A stretch of 64,000 nt of DNA from Histomonas meleagridis 2922-C6/04-290x (taxonomy: Eukaryota > Protista > Parabasalia), in contig JAANOX010000030.1 of the NCBI GenBank assembly GCA_020184695.1, positions 62,001 to 126,000 of the forward strand, read 5' to 3'. Within the stretch, counting starts at the first letter, position 1. The number at the start of each line of letters is the position of its first letter. The position numbers and the translations under genes are program-made. Positions 1 through 12,200 of the stretch are shown one piece after another. The notes beneath the pieces were generated by a model. The model did not search any database and was not told the DNA's origin. It saw only the letters and a program-made list of their open reading frames with translations.

Positions 1-598
1 AAGTATTACCTTGAGAATAAAATGCATAAAAAACTAATTTACTGATGATAAAGTTAAATGAATATAAATTTGATTCATATAATTTCATTGTCTGTTGAAT
101 TGATATCTCAAGATCTTCTTCCTTTAAATTAAAAATGATATGTTCAAGAGATATTTGTGCTTCCATTGCTTTGGTTAAAAATTACACTTTTATATACCAA
201 CAATTTGCCAACCGATGAGATTTTAAAACAAGAACAGAAATCAATGTATCTGCAACTACGATCGTAGTCGCCAGTCAAAAAACATTAAGATAGCAATTTT
301 CGTAAACTTGTTAATTCCCCAAAACCAATCTTAAGCTATCTGATGTTCTGGGAAAGTATATTCATATGTTTTTTAAAGGAATTTATTTAACATCTTTTTA
401 CTTATTTTCAATTTATATTTTAATATAAAAATCTTAATTCATTATTCAAAATATATCATATTCTAATGATTCTTATGTTTTTTTAAAAATATTAATTAAT
501 CATGTTTTACCACCCGCACTATTCTTTATTCTACTCTTAACTTTTATATAATTTCATAACTATTTCTCAATGAGTTAATTATAAAACTTTTTTTTGTT

Positions 599-631
599 TG
601 CTTCGCTTTGCTCCGCAAACAACGCGAAGCA
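599..631. repeat. GC-rich imperfect inverted repeat (hairpin) in AT-rich intergenic DNA
   Basis: TGCTTCGC (599-606) and GCGAAGCA (624-631) are reverse complements; inner TTTG/CAAA can add 4 bp. Confidence 0.55.
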
Positions 632-926
632 CATTTTTGGCAACATTCAAAAAAATTTATTGAAACAAGAAGAACTTACAAATTACATCTTAAGCAAGCG
701 CGTGAAACAATAAACAAATCAAATAAGAAATGATTAGTTAAGAGTCAATTATGTTGAGATCAAAGATCTTATCACTATTTTTTGTTTAGTAATATTTAAA
801 GTTATTCTCCAAATTAGTTTTGCTTTTATTAAATTAAGAAATTTTTACGAAAAAGTGCATAAATGTTAACTGAAAATAAACTATACAAAAATTGTGAGGT
901 GAATATTTGTACGTTACAAAAGAGGA

Positions 927-2900
927 ATGACTGTTCTCCCAATAAAGGTCTTTATTAGAACAAGGCCGACAACAAATTTTGCAGGAGAAAGCATTAAAAT
1001 ATATGACGACCATCAAACAATTACTGTTAATATTGATAAATCAGATCCACTAAATTTTTTAAATTCACCTGAAAGTAATTATTCATTTAAATTCCATAGT
1101 GTTCTTCACAATGTTAGTCAAGAAATTGTATTTGAAGAAGTAGCTCGCGAAATTGTTGATTCATTTATTCAAGGATATAATGGTTGTATTTTCTGTTATG
1201 GACATCGAGGTTCCGGGAAAACATTCACAATGTATGGTGGTATCCGCCACTTCAAGTATCGTGGTATCATTCCACGTTCACTTTCATATATTTTCCAAGA
1301 AATCACCAAATTTAAGACCATCCAATTTACAATTTCAATTCAATATTTCCAAATTTATAATAATATTATATATGACCTTCTTTGTGATGAAGAAAAAACT
1401 ATGATAATTGCAGAAGATGAAAATGGTAATACATATGTCCAAAATATGTCATCACATGAAATTACAGATGTAACGCAAGCCCTTCAACTTCTAATTGATG
1501 GTGATTCTAAACTTCATCTTATGGAGCATAAACATAATAGAAAAGTATATCGAAGTCATACAGTTTTTGTTGTTGAAATGATAAGTAAAAAAGGTACTCG
1601 AATGACTCATTCAAGATTACAACTTTTAGATCTTGCAGCCGAAGATGAAGCATCTGATTCTGCGTATGTTAACAAATCAATGTCTTATTTGCAGCAACTT
1701 GTTATTTCCATTAATAATCATGGAAAAGATCATTTACCATTTCGACGTTCTAAACTTACATATCTTCTTCGCGATGCAATTGGAGGTAATTGCCGAACTG
1801 CAGTTATTGCTAATGTTTGGCCCGAGAAAGAAAATATAAAAAATGCTGTTTCTACTTTTCAATTTGCTACACAACTTTCGCAAGTAAAAAATAATTCTAA
1901 AGTTAATATAATGGAACCACCCGAATTAAGAATAGAACGACTTCAAAGTGAACTTGATTTACTTCATGCAGAATGTAAATTACAAGATGAACTTGGAGGA
2001 GCTGTTCGAATTGATGGGTTAAAACAAGAAGATGAAGCGCAAGTTGCAGATTTAGTTGGATTATATTTAGCAAATGAAATTGATTATATTCCATTACATT
2101 CGGTTTCACATATAAAAGCAATTTTTGCCGAGATTAAAAGAAGATATAGAGACATCCCAAATATTGTCATGAAAGAAGTAAGTGAAAAATTTACTTTAAC
2201 AGAAAGAGCGAAAAGTTCAAAAGCTCAAAAAGAAGTTGGAGTTATTGATGATTCAGGTTTTAGTGTTGGCGTTGCTGCAAGTCAAGATAGACCTAATTAT
2301 CTTAAAGTTATATCACGATTTGATGGCGCTTCATTTTTATCTGATAACAAAGCTAATAGTCCACGACAACCAACTCAAGAACAAATGTTTGAAATATTTA
2401 AGTTAAGAGATGGGAAGTCATTTACTGAAGAACTTGAAAAGAATAAAAAAGAAACTAAAGATTTGATCGAAAATAAGAAGAAACTTGTGACTGAAATTAA
2501 TTCGATTCAACAACAAATTGTTGACATAGGAAAAATTATTGATAGAAAAGGTATTAGAAGAAGAGATAAATTATTTGAAGACGAAGTTGAATTATTAAAG
2601 AAAGAACATGAATTTAAGAAAAAATATAAAGAGATATATCAAGAAATACAAAAAACTCGTTGTGATATAAATGAATTAAAAGAAAAAAGAACTGAAGAAA
2701 GACAAAAAATGTTTAATATGTTCCAAGAATGGTATGAAAAATGGTTAAATAATGAACTTTATACAGAAAAGGTTGTTCCACCTCAAAACGAAGCAGAAGC
2801 GCCTGCTCAAACTAAAGAAAATTTACAAGCAAAAGGAAAAAAGAAAGAAATAACGCATACAAATGTAAAAGGAAAAGCAACTCTTCGTGTTAGAAAATAA
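927..2900 (+). CDS. Kinesin-9 family (KIF9-like) kinesin, N-terminal motor plus C-terminal coiled coil; switch motifs degenerate
   Basis: 657-aa ORF: KVFIRTRPT, GYNGCIFCYGHRGSGKTFTM (P-loop), RGIIPRS, HLPFRRSKLTYLLRDAIGGNCRT; coiled-coil tail. Subfamily assignment from recalled similarity. Confidence 0.85.
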   Translation: MTVLPIKVFIRTRPTTNFAGESIKIYDDHQTITVNIDKSDPLNFLNSPESNYSFKFHSVLHNVSQEIVFEEVAREIVDSFIQGYNGCIFCYGHRGSGKTFTMYGGIRHFKYRGIIPRSLSYIFQEITKFKTIQFTISIQYFQIYNNIIYDLLCDEEKTMIIAEDENGNTYVQNMSSHEITDVTQALQLLIDGDSKLHLMEHKHNRKVYRSHTVFVVEMISKKGTRMTHSRLQLLDLAAEDEASDSAYVNKSMSYLQQLVISINNHGKDHLPFRRSKLTYLLRDAIGGNCRTAVIANVWPEKENIKNAVSTFQFATQLSQVKNNSKVNIMEPPELRIERLQSELDLLHAECKLQDELGGAVRIDGLKQEDEAQVADLVGLYLANEIDYIPLHSVSHIKAIFAEIKRRYRDIPNIVMKEVSEKFTLTERAKSSKAQKEVGVIDDSGFSVGVAASQDRPNYLKVISRFDGASFLSDNKANSPRQPTQEQMFEIFKLRDGKSFTEELEKNKKETKDLIENKKKLVTEINSIQQQIVDIGKIIDRKGIRRRDKLFEDEVELLKKEHEFKKKYKEIYQEIQKTRCDINELKEKRTEERQKMFNMFQEWYEKWLNNELYTEKVVPPQNEAEAPAQTKENLQAKGKKKEITHTNVKGKATLRVRK

Positions 2901-3126
2901 AAATTTGTTTTGTTACAAATTTTAATATAAAAATTCTTTTTAATAAATGTTTTGATAAGGAATTCCTTATGTGTAACATATAATAGCTTTAAATTCGATA
3001 TACTGTCACTGCATTTTAGGATGGAAGGGTAATTTCCATTCAAAATTCAATCAAACCGTTCCAACCTAAAGTAAAGTGACTGTACATCTACAAGATGCCG
3101 CTAGCTGATAATTGAATTATTTAAAT

Positions 3127-5163
3127 ATGTAAACCATTGAACTTTCGACTGTAGGAAGAAACTGCGCGGTCAATCAAACATTATTTTGAAGGCACTTCTT
3201 ACATTAGAAAGAATAATTTTCAAATTAACTGAAGAAAAACTTGATTCTTATGTTCAAAAAACAATAAAATTATACGATTCGAAAAATCCATATTCATTTA
3301 ATTTGATCATAAGCAATTTAATTTTCTTTGCTTTCCGCTCACAAAAGAACACAACTGATATTTACTTAAGATATTTAAAAACATTACAAACTAAAGAAAA
3401 AGAAATAACCAAAAGTAACACCCAAAATATCGAATTTTTTATAAAATACATTTCTAATTTTAAATCACATGAATCATATTATATAATTGAGAAAATGATT
3501 GAACAAAATTTAATCGATGTTAATGTTGTCAAAAATATATCATCAAAATATTTTGCACATTACAAAACAAAAGAAGAAAACCATGAAATTTATAGGAATG
3601 ATCCATTCAGTAGAAAATTTATTGAAAATTATGAAGAACTTTCAAGGAATAATTGGGAACTCCATAAAAAATATGTTAAAGAGGGGCATAATCCAAATGA
3701 ACTTGCACAAATAATTCGAAATGATGAAATTGAAAAACTTCAAGAAATATCATCACAAAGCGATTTTGATTTTAATCAAATAATTGAACCATCTCTTTAT
3801 GAAAGATGTTCATATGTTAATCATGAAAATGTTACATTAATTGATTATGCAGCATTTTTTTCTGCTGTAAAATGTTTTAAATATTTGCTTATGAATAATG
3901 CAAATGTAGAAAACACAGGTAAATATGCTGTTGCAGGTGGAAACTTAGAGATAATTCATTTATGTGAACAAAATCATTTATCATTTGAAGATGCATATAA
4001 AACTGCAATTGAATTTCATCGAAATGATGTTTTTAAATATATTTATGAAAATAAAACTGAAACATCGGAAGAAAACTTTAATTATTTAGCTTATAATTGT
4101 ATTAATAGTGGAAATTATGAAATCTTAGGGTTTTTGGAAAAAGAAGCTGTTAAAATCAATGAATATATTATTAATGAATCAGCAAGATCTGGAAACCTAT
4201 ACCTTGTTAAGGATTTTCTTCAAAATAACCAAATTCCTAAGGATATTTTATGTTTTTCTTCAAAATCAGGAAATTTAGAACTTGTTAAATATATTCTTGA
4301 ACAAGAAGGAGTTGATATTAATGCTAAAGATATATATTTATTTCATTTAAAATTTGTTTTAAAAGTTTGATGTTTCAATAAAATGTTTGGAAATTATTTA
4401 AATTATTTTATACAGCACTTACATGGGCAATTTTAAGAGAGCATATAGAAATAGTTAAAATACTTCTTGAACAAGAAGGAATTGATATTAATACAAAAGA
4501 TATATATTTGTATTGTTTAGAATTTATTATAATAGCTTTGGAATATTTCAGTATAATATTTGGAAATTATTTAAAATATTTATGACACCACTTATGAAAT
4601 CATCTTGGAGTGGTAAAGTAGAAATAGTTAAATTACTTCTTAGGCAAAAAGGAATAGATGTTAACGCTAAAAGTGTTTATTTGTTTTATATAATTTATAT
4701 TTTAAAGATCTGGTGTTTAATATTAATACTTGGAAGTTGTTCTAGTTAAATAAAACAGCACTTATTTGGGCATCTGAAAAAGGTTATAATGAAATAGTGA
4801 AGATAATTCTTAAAAAAAAAGGAATTGATGTTAATGCAAAAGATATTTATTTGTTTTATTAAATATTTATTTTAATAATTTATTGTTTATAGATAATATT
4901 AGGAAATTATTTGAATTGTTTCAAACAGCACTTATTTATGTATCTAAAAATGGTAACATAGAAATAGTTAAATTACTTCTTAAACAAAAAGGAATCGATA
5001 TTAATTCTAAATCTATTTACTAATTTTATTTAATATTTATATTGAAAATTTGATGTTTTTAGATGTTTTTTGGAAATTATTCAAATTAAATAAAACAGCA
5101 CTTATGTTTGCAGACCAAAACGGGAATAGTGAAATTGTTAAATTACTTCTTAGCCACAAATGA
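3127..5163 (+). CDS. DUF3447/ankyrin-repeat protein, locus A, interrupted gene model (long first exon plus 5 repeat exons)
   Basis: ORF 3186-4370 has the DUF3447-type region (FDFNQIIEPSLYERC, LIDYAAFF, YAVAGGNLEIIHLCEQ, AIEFHRN). In-frame repeat exons follow at 4412-4501, 4585-4674, 4755-4844, 4925-5014 and 5095-5163, the last ending TALMFADQNGNSEIVKLLLSHK*. Start at 3127 assumes a 26-nt intron (see separate feature). Confidence 0.75.
3129..3154 (+). other. Candidate 26-nt GT-AG intron splitting the start codon of locus A
   Basis: AT|GTAAACCATTGAACTTTCGACTGTAG|GAAG. Removal yields ATG AAG AAA CTG..., in frame with ORF 3186-4370, which otherwise has no nearby upstream ATG. No clear CTAAC branch site. 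Confidence 0.4.
4332..5094 (+). repeat. Five intron-like AT-rich interruptions of ankyrin repeats (locus A)
   Basis: KD-to-TAL gaps: 4332-4411 (80 nt), 4502-4584 (83), 4675-4754 (80), 4845-4924 (80), 5015-5094 (80). Shared TT(G/A)TTTTAT 5' part and TTGGAAATTATT 3' part. Confidence 0.9.
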
Positions 5164-7016
5164 ATGATGGTTGTTTATAAAAATATTTCATTGTTACTCG
5201 TAATTTTAATAAAAAGAAATATTTGAATTTTTAATTGTATATGAGAAAATATCACAAAAAATTTATATTGATATAAAAAAATTTAAGTTGTATTTCACCT
5301 CTTCATTTATTCACATTGTGAAGTATATAAAGATATTATACCACTAAAATATTTATAATTAGAATATGATTTGTTTTTGACAAAGAGAAAGAGAGATTCT
5401 ATACACAATCGTTTTTAAAACATTATTAATTCTTATGTAATGAATTTTTATCTAAGAAACAAAGATAACCAACACAGATTGTAAAGCATATATAAAGCCT
5501 CTATAAAGATAAAATATATCAACATGACAATTGAAGTTTTACTTATTTAAAGAATCAAATAAATTAAGATAATTCTAAGAAGATTTTAACAATTGTGATC
5601 ACAGGGGAATCATTACATTATTTTCTCTATAATGAGAAATAAATAATCATATTTTCGTAGTTTTATGTTTATAAAATCAATAATTTCAAGAATGTGAATC
5701 TTATTTTCAAAAAAATGTTAATTAACACTTCCATCCCCATGGGGATAGACCCTTTATAAAGGTTCAATTCGATTTCTATTTTCTAGATAGATTCAAAGAG
5801 TTTGCTTTATCTCATGACATGTACCATGATATCAATATGTTTAAGAACATAATGAATTTGTTGATGTTTAAAAACCTTTTTGATATTTGCATTCATTGGG
5901 CAATGAAGATTTTTGAATCAAATTATTTTTTAAAGTTTCATCATTGCCAAAAATTATTTGCCATTCCTCATAAGTATTCCCTATTTCGACTTAACTGATT
6001 CCAATACGATATATGCAATGGTTTTGTACTTAGAAGCGCTTTGTTGCAAAAATTTTATCAGACTCAAAACTGATGAAAACGATGCTATTTCAAACCAAAG
6101 CTTTTGATGATATTTTTTATGATTGTATACAAACCTTTTTTACTTTTTCAAAACATTTTATGATAAACTGTTGTGTATTTGTATTCAATTTTTTTGGGGT
6201 TTACAGTTGTTTTGATTTATCCCAGAAATTTTGTGTGGAAAATGAACCGTTCTATAAAATGGGATCATTTTGATCGTATGACAAATTTACCTTTTCATTC
6301 TTCTTTCTTTTAATGATATTTACAAACACACCAATTGGACTGAAAGAGATCGGACGACACTTTAAGGCCTTTTCATGACTTAACTGACAAACTATGAATA
6401 TAATGATCAATATTACATAAATTTTTTTTATTTAGGTACCTAGTCCAATTTTGATATTAAATATCGATTTTTATGAAACGACAAGGCGTTATAAATTTGA
6501 AAATATCAATACAAAATTAAATAATTGTAAAAAATTCATAACTTGACAAATAATTTTCATCTGCACCTTATCTATATCATCATAAGTACTCCTGGATGCT
6601 CCAAATTTTGTTATTGGTTAAATTATTTTTATTCATGATTTGAAAAATCAAGAGAACCTGTTCATAACTTAAAACTAGCATGGGCTGCAACGCCAAAACC
6701 CAATAATTTATTCGAGCCCAGGGCTCTGTTGCAGAATTTCTGGGCTTCCGATTACCGTTCATAACGGTCGATAAAAAGGACGAGTTTGCTTTTAAAAAAA
6801 TTCAATGACGATTTTGATAGAACTTGTTTCAAAAAGTTAGGACGATACTCCTGTTTTCAATCATTTGAGAGAACATCAAAAAACCGATGACGCTAATGAA
6901 AACTGGGGTTTTTTGATAGTGATTTCACTTGGTGAGTGAATTGTTAATTCAATGGGGTTTCAGAAAAAGCTGTTCATGATTGTTGTCGTAAAACATTGCC
7001 ATATCGTAATTTCATC

Positions 7017-7904
7017 ATGACTATGCAGAAAAAAAACTCCCCCCTTGTCGATGTTGCTTTAAACTATCTCAAAGAAGTAAGTGTAAATCAGAGCCCAAAT
7101 GATATCGAATTCATCAAGGATTGCTTTTCCAAATACATTTATGGCTTAATTCCTTTTGAAGTCATGTGTGAAAGTCTTTCACGCTTCGTTAAAAGTACAG
7201 CCCCATTCGAAAGACTAAAAGCAATTCTTGACTGTGAAAATGATCCAATTCCTGAAAATACAGAAATTGAAACAGAAAGAATGCCAAACGCCCGGAAAAA
7301 AACACGCTCTTGGACAGCCAATGAAGATGCCAGACTTTTGTACGCAATACATAAATTTGGAATAGAAAATTGGGGAGCAGTTTCTACTTTTGTTGGCAAT
7401 GGAAGAACTTGTTCCATGTGCTCGCAAAGGTGGATTCGTGTTTTAGATCCAAAAATATGTAAAGGTCATTGGCTTCCAGAAGAAGAGCGAAGACTTGTAC
7501 AACTTGTTGTGAAACATGGTGAAAAAAACTGGATGAAAGTCTCCGCACAGCTAGGAAATAGAAGTGATGTACAGTGTCGTTACAGGTATATGCAACTACG
7601 CAAGAGTGGGAAGATTAATCGCCTATTTCAAATTCAACCAAATGTTATTCCACAGATTTATGATATGAGCAATAGAATGCCTCCTAGAGAACAAGCTCAA
7701 CCTCTAGAGCAAATTCCAAACTTTAACCAATTTGAAGTTCCAAAGCCTAATATCAATGTTCAACCACCACAAGCCCCAGTAATTCCGCAAATATCCACAC
7801 AAAAAATGAACGAAATACAATTTAGATTAGAAGAACAAATCCAGCTCGCCAATTCATGGGACTTTTTCAAATCAGATCCATTCTTTGATGTTGAATGGTT
7901 TTAA
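7017..7904 (+). CDS. R2R3 Myb-like DNA-binding protein
   Basis: Two Myb repeats: WTANEDARLLYAIHKFGIENWGAVSTFVGNGRTCSMCSQRW and WLPEEERRLVQLVVKHGEKNWMKVSAQLGNRSDVQCRYRY. First ATG at 7017 (track starts at TTG 6996). Confidence 0.9.
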   Translation: MTMQKKNSPLVDVALNYLKEVSVNQSPNDIEFIKDCFSKYIYGLIPFEVMCESLSRFVKSTAPFERLKAILDCENDPIPENTEIETERMPNARKKTRSWTANEDARLLYAIHKFGIENWGAVSTFVGNGRTCSMCSQRWIRVLDPKICKGHWLPEEERRLVQLVVKHGEKNWMKVSAQLGNRSDVQCRYRYMQLRKSGKINRLFQIQPNVIPQIYDMSNRMPPREQAQPLEQIPNFNQFEVPKPNINVQPPQAPVIPQISTQKMNEIQFRLEEQIQLANSWDFFKSDPFFDVEWF

Positions 7905-9216
7905 AAGTTTACAACAGAGCTGAAAATTTGGCCACCAACACAAATTTGAATGCTAGAATTTTTTGAGAATAAAAATTTCAATAAACATTATTCAAAAATT
8001 TCAAACATATTGAAAATTAAATGCACGTTACATTATGACAAATGGAATCCGAAAAAATTGATTTAATTCTAGCGGCTAATTGAGAGGGCGTTTCGAACAG
8101 AACGTCTTATTAGACCGGTCGCATATTCAATTTTCAAAAATATAAAATATAAACTATTCAATATATGTCAATAATTTTTGACCTTACAAACTTGGAAGAA
8201 CAGACGAAAACCGGATGACGCAGTCAATTTCATCAGAAATATTTCAGAGAGATGAACAGATTTGGCTCAATTTTTTTGGAAACCGCTGAAGTCACTTTTT
8301 CTTGCGTTGATACAAGAAAAACGTCGAATTTTCAATGCATATTGCTCTGAAAACTGTTGCACGATTTTCTTTAAAGGCTGTTAAAATATAATTTATTATT
8401 CCATATAAATAATTGAAGATTTAAAAAAAATTCTACAAACTAAATTTGAAGATATATCAATTTTAATTTCCAAAACGAGATTTTTCATGGCTTATTTGGC
8501 CGGCTAACTTTGAAACATTGATTGCTTTATGAAACAGCTTATTTTGATCATAATTAATTGAAAATATTTTCTTAATTTATTTGGTCGTATTAAGACATAT
8601 TGTATACTTTATTGATCGTTGTTCTACCTTTCGATAAAGTATATAATTTGATTTTCATACCCTCTTCTTCAAATTATTTTTCTTGATAAATCGGTAAATA
8701 TTTATAGTAAAATATTTAATAATTAAACATAAACCCCATAAATTTTTCAGCGAAATAAAAAAAGTTAACCTAGGTCACTTATTCTTCATGAGTGGAAAAT
8801 TTTCAGACTTGGGATGATGTAACATTTTTAATATGTAATTACATTTTATTATAAAATCCTACTTTATATTTTTCATTTTGCGATCTTTTGTTTTGAAAAA
8901 AGACATTTTGATTATGTAAAACTACAGGTTCCTGCAAATTTTCTGTTATTTTACAACATTTACTATTAGCCTAAAGTTAAAACAATAATTATCAATTTCA
9001 TCTTTGCTCTCCTAAATATAAACAAGATTTGTAATTTTTATAATAAAGAATCGTTATATAGTGTCTTATTCAAACTTGTTTAGAGATTTCTTCATAACAA
9101 CAATAGACCGAACGTTCGCATTTTTGAATTTCTTCTGATGATTTATAATTAGCTGCAGCTGTTGGATATCATTTACAAAAACAATTAAAAACTAAAATTT
9201 TTTTATAAATTCAAAT

Positions 9217-12200
9217 TCATTTTCCAAACCCATTGAAATAAACAGCATCGGCCAATGTGCTCAAAGCAGTATAAACACATTGCTTCAACAAATTTTCATC
9301 ACATTTTTTGTATTCATTAATTTCATCATTTCTAATTGTATCCAATTTTGCATTACACAAAGCAGCGCAAAGTGTTGACAACTTTTCAGTTCTATAATTT
9401 GATCCTATATTATTAATCAAGTTCAAGCACTTTTGGTAAATTGCTTCGATTAATTTTTCGAAGTTCTTTAGATAATTATTAGCAGCGTATAATAACAAAT
9501 CCAAAATATCATCGAAACGATTTTGACATGTACTTCCACCCAAGAACGAGATCAAATAGTTAATTACCCATAGACATTCGCTTTCATTTCTTTTATCGAA
9601 ATCTTTAAATATAATTTCGGCGACTATTTCTTTATCAGTTTTATTATTATTACTAAAATTACAAATGTTATTTGATATCCATGATAATATATCATTATTA
9701 CCAAAGACTACTAAAGGTATAATGAAATATATTAATGAATTTGTGTTTTTAAGTTTTAATGAATAATTTTTATATAAATCGATTGTAATTTTTCGTGTGT
9801 CGATTTCGATGAAACTACAAGTTAATACAGTACTAAATGATTTAAGGAAATTATCAAAGAAGTCAATCATAAAGAAAGTTTGGAATTCCTTTAAACAAGA
9901 ATTACCGATTTTACATAAATAATTATCACATTCTTTTAATAGTTTTATATTAATATTATTATTATTATCGATAAAAATATAATCTAAAATTACATTAATT
10001 AATTTAATTGAACTATTTCGTAACATTGTATTAGAATGATGAGTACAATACATAGTAGGGAATAATAAACAAATTGGAATCATTAAATTATTATTAAATT
10101 TAGTTATAATTTTTGTTAATGATTCATAACATATTGATAATTTTTGTGGCCCATAATCATTCGAATTAAATAATATCGGCATTTGTATCATATATTTTAA
10201 GACATCATTCATTGTACCTTCTTTATATAATAAAGAACCTGATTTCTTAATGAACCAAATTTCTGGATTATCATCAAGTTTAGTATCAATGAAATATTTA
10301 CGATATCTTTCTTGATAATCTTTATCAATGATTTCTAATATAGAATCAACTAATGAAATGAATTTAATCGGTTTTAATGTTTTAGGATGTAACATAATTA
10401 AATTAATTTTTTGTTGGAAATTATTTAATTGAATTTGTAAATTTGGATTTATTTGTATTATATTTTCAAACATTCCTTCGAAACATGGATTTAACATTTG
10501 TATTAATTCATCTGTAGAATATGCTAATCCCATTACTAAGCCAAAGAAGAATAATGGTAAATCAATAGTCGAAAACTCTTTAGAATTAAATGGTAATGTA
10601 TGAATTGCTGAAAAGAATTTTATTGGTGAAATTAAATGTCCAAAAGTTCTTCTTCGTATTATACCATCAAATAATTTCTTGATTATAATTTCACCCATTA
10701 ATTTACTTTGATTCCACATAAATGATTGTAAACAACGTTTTGCTATATTAATATCAATATTACTTTGTAAGATGATATAAATTGAGACCTCAATAGCTGT
10801 TTGATTATTAATTTCATTAAAGAAATAACGTTGTAATGAATAAAGCATTTGAGGATCAATAATCGTATGATAAATTCCACTAATTATTTTACTTAATGAA
10901 GGAATACTTTTCGATATATTAATAAATTTAACAAATAATGGTAATAATACTATTAATGCATCTAAACTATTCTTTTCATTAATATCAATATAATTTATTA
11001 ATGAATTTACAACTTCTTCTAAATAACCACTATTTATTACTTCTTCAAATAATATTCCCATATTAATCTTATTAGATGTCATTGATATTATTGGACAATT
11101 AATAATATTTATTGAATCTTTTCGTATCGATGATTCAAATAATTGTAAGACTTGATTAATTAAATATGAAGGTCTTAAAGCTATTAAATATAATGAAAAT
11201 GATATCATTTGGATCTTAAATAATGGTGTCATTGTAGATAATAAATTAGATACATTTAATTGTGCTACTGTATTAACTCTTTCTTTAAGTAATTGGAATG
11301 AATCCATTATATATTTACCTTTATTAGTCTTTAATGTTATTGATTGAACTCCTAATTTTGTTGAATATTTTATAATTACATCATTCTTATATTCAACTGA
11401 TTGAATTGTATATATTGGAATTTGTAATATTACATTAGTTTTATTACCTAAAATATTAATATTCGATAATAATGTTACAGATAAATTACATATGATAAAT
11501 GAAGCTGAAATAGAATTATATGTAACTGATATATAACCTCTTCTTTCATATTTAATACCAAATGCTTGTTCTGGTAAATATACTTTGTCTTTAGATGTTA
11601 AATAATTAGTTATATCATCAGTAATTATAATTTTTTCATTTAATTTAGTGTTTTGTTTGATAACATTTGTTAAATTATCATTTAAAAGTTTTGCTGAATC
11701 ATATGAAGGATTAATTAAATAAATTTTCTTAATTTTATCACATAAATCTTTTGGTGTATTTTTAATCATATACATAAAATGATTTATAAACATTTCAGTA
11801 ATATTTTTTATATCAATGATAAAAATATAATTATTTTTAATGTTTTGTAAATGTAAATTAAATTGTATTATTAAAATATCAATAGGTAAATCAGGTATAT
11901 TCGGAGGTAATATATAAAAAGCTTTTGATCCATCATTAAATTCACCTGCATCCATTAACCAATTAAATGTATTCATGATGATAGCTTGATCAGGTTTTAA
12001 TGATTTATTAGAATATGTACCTAATAATCGATCAGTAGTCATAGGTCGTTCACCTATATAAGATACAACTATTTGTCGATCTACTACAAATGTATCGATT
12101 TTAATAACTGGATATATTGGTTCAGAATTAATCATTGATTCTAATAATTCTTGATATTCATTACATTTAATTATTGTATTAATGAATTCCGTTTTATTTA

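Noticed and set aside
4332-4411. Simple programmed -1 frameshift to cross the gaps
   Set aside because: In this copy the incoming frame stops at TGA 4368-4370 and the outgoing frame has a TAA further downstream (about 4379), so no single shift works. Gap lengths also vary (79, 80, 81, 83).
4405-4420. ACAG (within ACA GCA) as a canonical 3' splice site
   Set aside because: Absent in copies encoding TP, TT, TS, AA, II or SA. With the conserved GT position it puts the next exon out of frame and deletes the TAL motif.
4408-4420. IRE1 CNG|CNG cleavage loops at the junctions
   Set aside because: CAGCAC occurs only because of the Thr-Ala-Leu codons at the 3' side; no matching motif at the 5' side. 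The IRE1 link is therefore only a hypothesis.
5650-6370. Possible decayed minus-strand coding sequence
   Set aside because: Frame has frequent stops and no recognisable motif; not distinguishable from AT-rich noncoding DNA by eye.
6580-6762. 60-aa minus-strand ORF in a slightly GC-richer patch
   Set aside because: No motif or promoter support; may be upstream regulatory DNA of the Myb gene.
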